A DNA stretch of 64,000 nucleotides from the IMG/VR virus record IMGVR_UViG_3300035501_000527, positions 1,583 through 65,582 of that record, one strand, 5' to 3'. Source of the DNA: a virus. Lineage: Duplodnaviria; Caudoviricetes. Numbering within the stretch: position 1 is the stretch's first letter; every line of letters begins with the position of its first letter. The notes below the pieces were generated by a model that had not been told where the DNA came from, searched no databases, and saw nothing but the letters and a program-made list of their open reading frames with translations. The position numbers and the translations under genes were made by a program. Positions 36,824-45,711 of the stretch are shown here, in pieces.

Positions 36824-37942
36824 GTGCCAGAAAAGGGCTATGACAATATTGAAGATGTAGATTTAGCAAGTTGGAACGACTTAGTAAAAATGCAGGAACG
36901 GCATTTGTATCAGATAGAGAAGAAATCAAAAGGGATTATTAAGAAGAAAATGCGAAAGTTTGATGAATATATACCATTAGTTCCTGTAAGTATGGGTAAA
37001 GATTCTATGGTTACTTGCCATTTGGTAAGAGAATGTTATCCAGATACCAAAGCGATTTTTAATAATACAACTTTGGATTGTGCTGATACATATAGAATGG
37101 CAAAACAGTTTCCTAATTGTGAAATGATGACACCAAAGCAAGGTTTCTATCAATACATAAAAGAACAGAACGTAGTGTTTAATAGAATATCTCGTGGTTG
37201 TTGCCGGATATTTAAGGTTGGTGAAATGGTCAATCAGTTGGATCATAATACTCCATATTTGATGTTTATGGGTATGAGAAATGAAGAAAGTAATACTAGG
37301 AGTGGTTATGGTGATGAATGGATTAACGAAACTGAATGGGGAGATACTTGTTGGCAAGGAATTTTACCAATTAGAAAATGGTCTGAATTAGATATTTGGC
37401 TTTATACATTTTGGAAGAATATAGAAATAAATACTAAGTACAGAAAAGGCTATTCAAGAGTTGGTTGTGCTATTGCTTGCCCTTACTATACCAAATCAAC
37501 ATGGATTCTTGATAAATATTGGTATCCAACAATGCGAAAGAGATGGGAAGATATTTTAAGAGAAGATTTTATTAGTAATAAGAAGTGGATTGTCATGAAC
37601 TGTACAATTAATGAATATATCAACTTAGCTTGGAATGGCGGTGTATTCAGGCAAGAGCCAACAGAAGAAGTCATAAAAGAATATGCTGAATATAACGGTT
37701 TAGATAAAACAGTGGCAAAGCAATATTTCAATAAGTATTGTGCTAATGGCTGCAAAACAAATTCTGGTAAACAGAAGAAAATAAAAGAGAAGAATGTATT
37801 AGCAATGAATATGAAATATCATGGCAGAAATATTAACAAGTTTTATTGCAAAAAGTGCCTGATGAAGATGTTGGATATGGATGAAGATAAGTGGAATGCT
37901 AATATTGAGACATTCAAACAACAGGGTTGTGCTTTGTTCTAA
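36824..37942 (+). CDS. PAPS-reductase-family protein; 5'-truncated in this orientation
   Basis: SMGKDS PP-loop, GMRNEES..R, SRVGCAIACP; C-terminal CKKC; no RBS before GTG 36824. Confidence 0.85.
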   Translation: MPEKGYDNIEDVDLASWNDLVKMQERHLYQIEKKSKGIIKKKMRKFDEYIPLVPVSMGKDSMVTCHLVRECYPDTKAIFNNTTLDCADTYRMAKQFPNCEMMTPKQGFYQYIKEQNVVFNRISRGCCRIFKVGEMVNQLDHNTPYLMFMGMRNEESNTRSGYGDEWINETEWGDTCWQGILPIRKWSELDIWLYTFWKNIEINTKYRKGYSRVGCAIACPYYTKSTWILDKYWYPTMRKRWEDILREDFISNKKWIVMNCTINEYINLAWNGGVFRQEPTEEVIKEYAEYNGLDKTVAKQYFNKYCANGCKTNSGKQKKIKEKNVLAMNMKYHGRNINKFYCKKCLMKMLDMDEDKWNANIETFKQQGCALF

Positions 37943-37950
37943 AAATGAAT

Positions 37951-38027
37951 ACTATATATAGTAGTTTATAAATGCTCAAACACAATATGTTGATTAGATT
38001 TCCCGATAAAACCTTTCTTCTATTTGG
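37951..38027 (+). repeat. Composite site C
   Basis: ACTATATATAGT-N19-ACAATATGTTGA-N12-ATAAAA-N6-TTCTAT. Confidence 0.8.
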
Positions 38028-38048
38028 AAAATTAACAGGAGGAAACTA

Positions 38049-38402
38049 ATGACAAAAAGAGAGAATGTATTAACAAGAGTACCATTCCAAACAAGATTTT
38101 CTGGGATGTACGTTTTGGATAAATCAAAAGATTGGGTACTTAATACCATAAAAATGTGTGGTATAGAAGATAATTGTATAGATGGAAGGTCTATAAATTT
38201 TGATATATCTTCAATAAACAACAGAATTATTATTCGTCCACTAGAAAAATATGATGATTATTTTTTGGTTGCAGAGTATCTTTGTTTTACTTCTGTTGTT
38301 GAAATTAAATCAGATGATTATATAGATGTTATTAAACAAAGTAATGGCGATTATCTATTTACTATGAAAAAAGGTGACTTAAATGATAACCAACAAGCGT
38401 GA
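38049..38402 (+). CDS. Hypothetical protein
   Basis: ORF track; AGGAGG RBS. Confidence 0.75.
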   Translation: MTKRENVLTRVPFQTRFSGMYVLDKSKDWVLNTIKMCGIEDNCIDGRSINFDISSINNRIIIRPLEKYDDYFLVAEYLCFTSVVEIKSDDYIDVIKQSNGDYLFTMKKGDLNDNQQA

Positions 38403-38568
38403 ACAGAAAATCTGTGACAAATACTCTGCCTACGATGAAACAGGTCATGTTTAGTGCTTTGAATGTCCGTTGAGTAAAGGTAATTGGAGACAGCATGACT
38501 TTCGGTGTAAGGCGAATACTCATTACGATAGGCATACAGGAGAATGGGAATACGATGAAAAGAGGTGA
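38383..38568 (+). pseudogene. Small Cys-containing gene with in-frame TAG
   Basis: MITNKREQKICDKYSAYDETGHV*CFECPLSKG...; TAG at 38452-38454; AAGGTGA RBS. Confidence 0.55.
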
Positions 38569-39160
38569 TTCTTTGAGAAGTGATTTTCGGTTAGGAGATA
38601 AAGTTATTTTCGATAAAAGTAATGGCAATGATAATTTTAAAAGTAAAGGTTTGTTGACTAATTTTGGAATCATTATAAATAAAAATGATATTGACACATA
38701 TCATATTATGTATTTTGACGATTGTAAAATTTCAATAGCATATTATATTTCTGATGATTATATCAAACCTATTGAGGATAATACATATGAACAATCAAGG
38801 ATTGAAGTATATTATGAAAAACTTATTGAGGATGAAAAGAAGAAATTAAAAACAGTATCACAAGAAGAAAAGGATAAGCAGAAAGTAGAAAGATATGAGA
38901 ATATTAAACAACGAATTATCCGCAATTGTGAATGGTGTGTAACTAAGGATTTAGATGATGAAGATTTTGTAAATCGTGTAAAAGAAATTGCTAATCTTAA
39001 AAAGCAACTATTCTCACCTGAACGGCTTCCGTGTATGAATGAGATTCATAGATATAATGGAACTATTAAATATAATATTAGAGAATTGGAGTATGAAAGA
39101 GATAAGCTGCTGAAACAAATTTCTGATGAAGAAATCGAATTAAGATTGGGAAAGTTTTGA
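38555..39160 (+). CDS. Hypothetical protein
   Basis: In frame with track ORF 38495; start uncertain. Confidence 0.7.
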   Translation: MKRGDSLRSDFRLGDKVIFDKSNGNDNFKSKGLLTNFGIIINKNDIDTYHIMYFDDCKISIAYYISDDYIKPIEDNTYEQSRIEVYYEKLIEDEKKKLKTVSQEEKDKQKVERYENIKQRIIRNCEWCVTKDLDDEDFVNRVKEIANLKKQLFSPERLPCMNEIHRYNGTIKYNIRELEYERDKLLKQISDEEIELRLGKF

Positions 39161-39240
39161 TTTAAAATTTACAAGAAAGGATACAAGGCGTTGCAACCGT
39201 AAGAGATATCTGTCCTTTTTGGTAAAAGAAAATAAAATAT

Positions 39241-39936
39241 ATGGGTTCAAAGAGCAGGATAGTTAATAACATTCTGCCAATAATTCAGAAAAGATTAGAA
39301 GATTATAATATTAAAACGTACATCGAACCATTTTGCGGCGGCTGTAACGTAATTGATAAAGTGGTTTGTGATAAGAAAATTGCATCAGATAATAACAAAT
39401 ACCTAATAGAGTTGTTCAAAAATATAGACAAAATAGATTTACTTCCAGAGATTGCTTCTTATGAGCATTATTGTGAATGTAGAGATGCTTATAACAATTC
39501 TGATTTCTCAAATTTTCCCAAATGGTACATTGGTATGATTGGATTTCTCGCTAGTTATTCCGGCAGGTTCTATGACGGAGGGTTTAATGGAACTGGTTAT
39601 TTAGAAGGAAGAACAAAAAGAAATTATTATGATGAAGCAAAAAGAAATTTAGCTGCACAAGTTAAAGATTTAGATGGCATTGATTTTGTTTATGGCGATT
39701 ATTTTGACCTATATAAAGATAATGAGGATTGCTTATTCTACTGTGATATTCCGTATAAAGATACAAAGCAGTATAATACTTCAAGAAATTTCGATTATGA
39801 AAAATTTTGGGATTGGGCTGAAAGAATGTCAGAGAAGAATATAGTATTAGTTAGCGAATATCAAGCACCTAAACAATGGGAATGTATATGGGAGAAACCA
39901 TTATTAAAGACAATGAATCATGGGGAAAAATGTTAA
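39241..39936 (+). CDS. Dam-like (D12 class) N6-adenine methyltransferase; C-terminal frameshift likely
   Basis: (IKY)MGSK, EPFCGG, YCDIPY; alternative-frame tail NSNEKLFEIRE ends 39970. Confidence 0.85.
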   Translation: MGSKSRIVNNILPIIQKRLEDYNIKTYIEPFCGGCNVIDKVVCDKKIASDNNKYLIELFKNIDKIDLLPEIASYEHYCECRDAYNNSDFSNFPKWYIGMIGFLASYSGRFYDGGFNGTGYLEGRTKRNYYDEAKRNLAAQVKDLDGIDFVYGDYFDLYKDNEDCLFYCDIPYKDTKQYNTSRNFDYEKFWDWAERMSEKNIVLVSEYQAPKQWECIWEKPLLKTMNHGEKC

Positions 39937-40002
39937 TTCAAATGAGAAATTGTTTGAGATTAGAGAATAAAAGGAAGATAAATAGAAGAAAGAAGTGATA
40001 AA

Positions 40003-40308
40003 TTGGTTAAAAAAGAATTTGAGATAAAAACTCATACAGTTACAGATAAGGTTTGTACAAAAGAAACGCTTATTTGTGATATTTGCGACAAAGAAATTCC
40101 ATATCGTTGTGGTTACTGGCATTTAGTTACGCAGCATCATGATTGGGGAAATGATAGTATAGAGAGCATTGAATCTTTTGATGTATGCTCAAAAGATTGT
40201 ATGAATGAAAAGTACAACGAATACATGAATGATAGTGGAGAGAGCGATTACAACACTATGGAATTTGAAATAAGCAGAGAATGTAACTCTTATGGGATAA
40301 AGCAATAA
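40003..40308 (+). CDS. Hypothetical protein
   Basis: ORF track; CDIC...CSKDC. Confidence 0.7.
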   Translation: MVKKEFEIKTHTVTDKVCTKETLICDICDKEIPYRCGYWHLVTQHHDWGNDSIESIESFDVCSKDCMNEKYNEYMNDSGESDYNTMEFEISRECNSYGIKQ

Positions 40309-40372
40309 TTAAAGTAACAAGATATAGAATCTGCGTTTTATTGGGGTAAATTTTAGAGAGGAGAATGGTTAA

Positions 40373-40579
40373 ATGGACATGAATTATAACATTACAATAA
40401 AACTTTCACCGGAAGAATTGAAAAATATTATTGCCGAATATATTTCAAAAGAGACAGGAAGAAGAATAAAAAGTGATAATATAAAATTCTTAGCTACCTA
40501 TGATTGTGTTGGATATGGAATGAATGAATATTATGAAACCGTATTTAAGGGTTGTGAAATAGATTGCAAGAGGGAATAA
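40373..40579 (+). CDS. Hypothetical protein
   Basis: ORF track. Confidence 0.7.
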   Translation: MDMNYNITIKLSPEELKNIIAEYISKETGRRIKSDNIKFLATYDCVGYGMNEYYETVFKGCEIDCKRE

Positions 40580-40848
40580 TATTGGACGAAGATTATTATC
40601 TTGATATATGGCTAGATGCATGGTCAGAACAATTTAAGGATAAAAATAAAGCATTAGAAATATTACGAAAACTTTCTGACAATCTTAATATGCCAATTCG
40701 AGAAATTGTTGAGCATATTGATATTATTGCTGGATATCCAGAATTTTCATATGAGTTATTAGAGAAAATAGCAGATATATATAATTCAAAAATTGATTTT
40801 CCAAAAGAGAGTATTTCTTCTATCAAAAAAACAAATCAAATATTGTAA
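40564..40848 (+). CDS. Hypothetical protein
   Basis: ORF track; start uncertain. Confidence 0.65.
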   Translation: MQEGIILDEDYYLDIWLDAWSEQFKDKNKALEILRKLSDNLNMPIREIVEHIDIIAGYPEFSYELLEKIADIYNSKIDFPKESISSIKKTNQIL

Positions 40849-41141
40849 AAATCCAATGGAGAAGAAAAGATTAGAGGAAAAATTAAATGGTCTGTATAAA
40901 AAAAGAAAAATAAAGATAAGAGGTGAATAAAAATTATACTTATATTCGCACATATTGCATTGGCTATTATGAGTATGTCGATGGCAATTAATCAGGGTAG
41001 GAAAAGATATAAGATTTGGTGGACTGCTATTTCAATTATCTGGGCATTGTGTGTAATTATTGAACTATTAAAACTTGTAGGGATTATGTAAGAGTTACTT
41101 TCATTACCTCTACAAATCCAAACTTCTATTGGGAAAATTTT

Positions 41142-41648
41142 TTGAAGAAGGTGATAAAAATAATAAATATTTCACAATGGGCTAGAAAATTAGATGAGAA
41201 ATATTGTGTATATAGATATATTGATATGTCTGATGGTGTAATTAAATATGTTGGAATTGTTTGTAATGGAACTGTCGCAAATAGACATAAAGCACATTCA
41301 AAAGAAGATTGGTATATTGATGGTCAATATTTAGTGGAATATATAGTTGTAAATAATCGCAGCGAAGCTGAAGCGATTGAATCTCATTTAATATCATTAT
41401 ATGGGACAGATCAATATTACAACAAAGCAAAGACAGGGTGGGGAATAAACACATTGCTCCCAACTGAATTTGATTGGAAACCAGTAATTACAACAATTGA
41501 TGATTTGGTAAAAGATATTCAGAGTTCATGTAACTATTATGATGATAAGTATAATGGGAAGATACCAACTGATAGAATTAGAGATTACATAGAAGAAATC
41601 AATTATATAAGACAAGTACGTGAATATTTGGAGAATATAGCAGTGTAG
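41142..41648 (+). CDS. GIY-YIG nuclease-like protein
   Basis: CVYRY...KYVG...RHKAH...AEAIESHLI. Confidence 0.7.
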   Translation: MKKVIKIINISQWARKLDEKYCVYRYIDMSDGVIKYVGIVCNGTVANRHKAHSKEDWYIDGQYLVEYIVVNNRSEAEAIESHLISLYGTDQYYNKAKTGWGINTLLPTEFDWKPVITTIDDLVKDIQSSCNYYDDKYNGKIPTDRIRDYIEEINYIRQVREYLENIAV

Positions 41649-41685
41649 TAATTATTAGAGTTTAGAAGAAAGAGAGAAATAATTT

Positions 41686-42114
41686 ATGAGTGATGTAACT
41701 AAAATATGGCTTCCATATTTTGAAACATTTAAAGAAAAATACACAATTACAAAAGGAAAGAAAATTGATTTAACAAGCATTTCTGTTCATGGTGTGCCAT
41801 ACTTCTCTTTATAAGACAAAGATTTAGAAGAAATAAATTTTGAGATTAAGTGTATTGATGGTGAATGGATAGTGTATCCACTAAAAAAATATGATAATTA
41901 TGCGATTAAATATACTAGATATGTTGAAAAGATTTTTTCTGAAAATGAACCGAAGGTTTCAGCGAAAACGATCAAATTAACAGATGAGGAAGTTACTTTT
42001 ATAGATACAGAAGCATTAGTAAAATGTTTAAGAACTGGTGGTTCAACATATGCAGAATATGATAAGAATGGAAAAATTTTAATGAATATACTTTTCTCAT
42101 ATAATGAAGAATAG
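41686..42114 (+). pseudogene. Hypothetical gene split by in-frame TAA
   Basis: ATG 41686 is in frame with track ORF 41872; a single TAA at 41812-41814. Confidence 0.55.
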
Positions 42115-42161
42115 ATAAAAATTTTCCAAATAAATCTCGGCTTCTATTTCCATCGAGAGAG

Positions 42162-42416
42162 GTGATTAAGAGCTTGAGTGATTTCAACGAATCTGAAAAG
42201 AATGAATTTATAAATCTTATCAATTCTGTAAAGCCATGTTTCTGTTTTTCTGATAAGGAAACACATGAAAAATTCAATGAATGGATAAGAAATCAAAAAG
42301 ATATAGATGATTTATTTAAGAAAATAGAATGGTATGAATATGAAGGATTAGAAGAAAATTATATTTATGTTATACCTAGTAATGGCAAATATTTAAAATG
42401 TATGCTGGAGAAATAG
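42162..42416 (+). CDS. Hypothetical protein
   Basis: ORF track. Confidence 0.7.
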   Translation: MIKSLSDFNESEKNEFINLINSVKPCFCFSDKETHEKFNEWIRNQKDIDDLFKKIEWYEYEGLEENYIYVIPSNGKYLKCMLEK

Positions 42417-42420
42417 AAGA

Positions 42421-42666
42421 ATGAAATTATATTTAGCAAGTAAAGAATTAGATTTAAAAGAATTACAAGAAAAGATTATTTATTTCCGCATTCTTAAAAA
42501 TAAATATCCATATTTGTTTATGAGTGGTAGTACGTTGAGCGCAATCGAAGATCAGTCTGATTTAAAGTCATTTAACGAACCTGTTAATTCTGTAATTTGC
42601 GAGTATCGTGGTTGTAAAGTTTATCTTGATAATAGCTTGTGGTTTGGAGAAGTTGAACTTAGATAA
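42421..42666 (+). CDS. Hypothetical protein (paralog of 60638-60892)
   Basis: PYLFM...Y.G..VY....L.FGEVE.R shared. Confidence 0.75.
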   Translation: MKLYLASKELDLKELQEKIIYFRILKNKYPYLFMSGSTLSAIEDQSDLKSFNEPVNSVICEYRGCKVYLDNSLWFGEVELR

Positions 42667-42672
42667 ATAAAG

Positions 42673-42987
42673 GTGATAAGGATGATTAGAAAAGTAAATA
42701 AATTTGCATTTCTTGATAGTTGTAACGATCCTGCTTCATTAGCCTATAACATTTTAGACGCTGAAACTGGAATGTTATTAGAGGAAAATCCATCTGATTT
42801 TACTTATTATATTTATGATTTACCTTTTAGTGTTGACAGTAAATCAGATGGCAGATATGAACGGGTGGTAGCATTAGAGTTTGTAGAAGTATGCGAAACA
42901 GACCAAGAAGATAATTTAAGTGATTTTGGTTTTACTCTGATAAATTCTCATACTGCTCATGGATATAAAATGTGGCAAAAGTTTTAA
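42673..42987 (+). CDS. Hypothetical protein
   Basis: ORF track. Confidence 0.7.
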   Translation: MIRMIRKVNKFAFLDSCNDPASLAYNILDAETGMLLEENPSDFTYYIYDLPFSVDSKSDGRYERVVALEFVEVCETDQEDNLSDFGFTLINSHTAHGYKMWQKF

Positions 42988-43008
42988 AGGAAAGGATAGA
43001 GAAAGATA

Positions 43009-43647
43009 GTGGCAGAAATTAAATTGATTGAAAAAGACACAGACATCTCAGCATTAACAATGCATAAAATGGATTGGGATGTTGTAGTAAACAACAAACC
43101 ATATCAAGTAGTTTTAATAGAAGATTATATTCATATAATTGGTGGTCGGCATGGAGTGAATAATCTATGGATGTATCCAAGATACGAAGAACCAACATAC
43201 GAAAATCTTGTTGAATATGATGGCGAGGGTTGTGGTGTGTGTTGGGGAATTAAGTATGAACCACATAATTACATAAGAAGCAAATATGATGAGTCAGAAT
43301 GTTTTACAAGCGGTGGAGCAACTATTACAAGAAATGGTAAAGACTTCTATTTTTGTAGACATGGTATTGATGAAGCAAGAGTAAAAATCAGAAAATGTGA
43401 AGATCATCCATTAAATCTGAATGCAATTGAATATGATGAAAAAATGATTGGTAGAAAAGTTTGGTGGAGAAGCGAACCTGCTGTTATTACGTTTTATTGC
43501 GATGAACAGGCCTGTGTAATTCTTGAACCTGATGGAATTAAAAGGTTTACCACACCAGCAGAATTTGCAGATGAACGTGATGAATATTATGAGGACGGTG
43601 AAGTAAAAGTAGATATTTTCAGTGAACATATTTGGTGGCATAGATAA
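43009..43647 (+). CDS. Hypothetical protein
   Basis: ORF track. Confidence 0.8.
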   Translation: MAEIKLIEKDTDISALTMHKMDWDVVVNNKPYQVVLIEDYIHIIGGRHGVNNLWMYPRYEEPTYENLVEYDGEGCGVCWGIKYEPHNYIRSKYDESECFTSGGATITRNGKDFYFCRHGIDEARVKIRKCEDHPLNLNAIEYDEKMIGRKVWWRSEPAVITFYCDEQACVILEPDGIKRFTTPAEFADERDEYYEDGEVKVDIFSEHIWWHR

Positions 43648-43669
43648 TTATTAAAAGGAGAAGAATTAA

Positions 43670-43972
43670 TTGAAAATATTAAATAAATATCAAATGCAAA
43701 ATTTAATAGAAGAGTTCCCTGATAGTGGAGGAATTGTATTTGCGGAGTATGAACCTTGTGTTCTTAAATCAGAATTAATGGTAACTGATGGAGATTTCGG
43801 CGCAACAACAGTTATTCCTAATAATGGCGAAGTGTTTGATTTCGACTGGAATATTGAAGAATATAAAGATAAGGATTTATTTGCAGTATTTGACAATAAT
43901 GATGTACTACAAATGATTCAAACATTAACTAGAGGATTAAAAATCAAACTTAGTAGTCAATATGATTATTAA
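43670..43972 (+). CDS. Hypothetical protein
   Basis: ORF track; AAGGAG RBS. Confidence 0.75.
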   Translation: MKILNKYQMQNLIEEFPDSGGIVFAEYEPCVLKSELMVTDGDFGATTVIPNNGEVFDFDWNIEEYKDKDLFAVFDNNDVLQMIQTLTRGLKIKLSSQYDY

Positions 43973-43987
43973 CATAAGAAAAAGAAG

Positions 43988-44896
43988 GTGATAATAATAG
44001 ATTTAATTGAAGCATTACAGAAGCAGATGGAATTTTGTCGTGAAAAAGAAAGATATAAATGTGGAGTATATGTTAAATCCCAAGAGCATATGAAGATGGT
44101 TGGGAAAGTTATCAGCAACTTGATTCCAAGAGTAAATAAAGAAGTAGATTTAAGACTTCGCAATAATTATACTGAAGCAATTTGGACAAATGGTAGTGTT
44201 TTAAAAATAATTCGTGCAAATGATAGTGCAAGAGCACAACGGTTCAACGGAATCATAATTGACAATGATATTGAAAGAGAAATTATAAATACGATTATTT
44301 ACCCAGTACTAAGACCAATTATAACAGAAATATCAAAAGGATATGAGAAGAATGATAATCCGAATGAAAGAGTTTATTACGTTGGAATTAGTGAAGACGA
44401 TGTAAGAAAATCTGAACAGTATAAACAAATTTTTTATGTTTCATCGGCTACAAGATCAAGTTCAGTTTTTTGTGATGATTTGATAAAGCCATTTACAACC
44501 ACAGAATTATTTAAGAAGGAGTATGAATGTATGTTTTACGAAAATGATTATGATAGACCAGTAATAGAAAAAGAATTAAATGGTGATAAGGTCATGCTAT
44601 ATGAAGCATGGGGAATTCCAAAGGATTTAATTACATACTCAACAGAATTTATCAATAAAACAAAGAAAACATATTTAAATGTTTCTGGTAAGTATGAAAT
44701 TCAAGATCTTGGATTTAAAAATGATTTGAATATTCATATCCTTATTGATACAGATATCTATGATGGATACGAAGTACATGTTAATGATGGATTGGTAATG
44801 GTAGTATTGCATGAAATAAAGAATGAAGCACCCGCATTAAAGGACTATGGTGTATCTGAATCCGAAGATAATGAAGCTCATTTCCCAATAGATTAA
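43988..44896 (+). CDS. Hypothetical protein
   Basis: ORF track. Confidence 0.75.
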   Translation: MIIIDLIEALQKQMEFCREKERYKCGVYVKSQEHMKMVGKVISNLIPRVNKEVDLRLRNNYTEAIWTNGSVLKIIRANDSARAQRFNGIIIDNDIEREIINTIIYPVLRPIITEISKGYEKNDNPNERVYYVGISEDDVRKSEQYKQIFYVSSATRSSSVFCDDLIKPFTTTELFKKEYECMFYENDYDRPVIEKELNGDKVMLYEAWGIPKDLITYSTEFINKTKKTYLNVSGKYEIQDLGFKNDLNIHILIDTDIYDGYEVHVNDGLVMVVLHEIKNEAPALKDYGVSESEDNEAHFPID

Positions 44897-44948
44897 TAAA
44901 ATAAATTCTCATTCTATTTGGTAAAAAAAATAGGAAGGAGGGTGAAAT

Positions 44949-45614
44949 GTGCCTTATGTTTATAGATACACAGATTTAAATGATGAAATTATAAAATATG
45001 TTGGTAATGTATGGTCAAATAATCGAACATTACAGAAACGAATAAGAGAACATAAAAATGATGATTGGTACAAAGATAAAAATTGGAAAATAGAATATAT
45101 TCAAGTAAACACAAGAACGGATGCAGAATATCTTGAATCTCATTTTATCGAAAAGTATAAAACATATAACTATTATAATCAGGCTAAAGCACATTGGGGC
45201 ATATCTGATTTTATCAAAGATGATTTCGAATGGAAATTGTACACAGAGGATTTGTCTGAGTTTGAATGTTTAAAAAATTACAATAAAAAGTTATGTAACG
45301 AAAATAACAAACTGTCTTTAGATATAAAAAAGTTGGAATATGAATTAAAGGATGCAAAAAATCAAATAAATTATTTAGAGCAAAATAAGAATACTGATAT
45401 TACACAAGATGAAATAGATGATGCTAATAATGAATTATCTTTATTAAAAATTGAAAAGGATTCACATAAAGTTGGTAGACCATCATCAATAACACCGCAT
45501 GATATAGATTTAATGTTTACTTTAAGAAAAGATGGAGCTTCAATGAGAGAAATTGCAAAAATATTAAAAATTTCCGTTGGCTCGGTACATAGATTCCTTA
45601 ATAATTTAGCATAA
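44949..45614 (+). CDS. GIY-YIG nuclease-like protein with coiled coil and C-terminal HTH
   Basis: YVYRY..KYVG..RIREH..AEYLESHFI; GRPS...SMREIAKILKISVGSVHRFL. Confidence 0.75.
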   Translation: MPYVYRYTDLNDEIIKYVGNVWSNNRTLQKRIREHKNDDWYKDKNWKIEYIQVNTRTDAEYLESHFIEKYKTYNYYNQAKAHWGISDFIKDDFEWKLYTEDLSEFECLKNYNKKLCNENNKLSLDIKKLEYELKDAKNQINYLEQNKNTDITQDEIDDANNELSLLKIEKDSHKVGRPSSITPHDIDLMFTLRKDGASMREIAKILKISVGSVHRFLNNLA

Positions 45615-45711
45615 TTCTGATAGAGATATTTCTAAATGTAGCAATTATTTGAGCTATATTCTGTTCAGGTGGAAAACAGCCCGCCTTTTCCCATTCTCAG
45701 AAATTCACACC

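Noticed and set aside
31667-39220. Assigning the MTase leaders to known SAM-II, SAM-III or SAH riboswitches (GAAAGGAT, TTGCAACCG, GCGTTGCAAC look-alikes)
   Set aside because: Only short word matches; the required helices and pseudoknots could not be completed, so they are reported as an unassigned element
38452-41814. Stop-codon reassignment
   Set aside because: The two in-frame stops are different codons (TAG, TAA); long genes translate cleanly in code 11 and use TAG, TAA and TGA as true stops
43988-44330. Terminase ATPase fragment (SARAQR..IIID)
   Set aside because: No Walker A or nuclease domain; resemblance too weak to call
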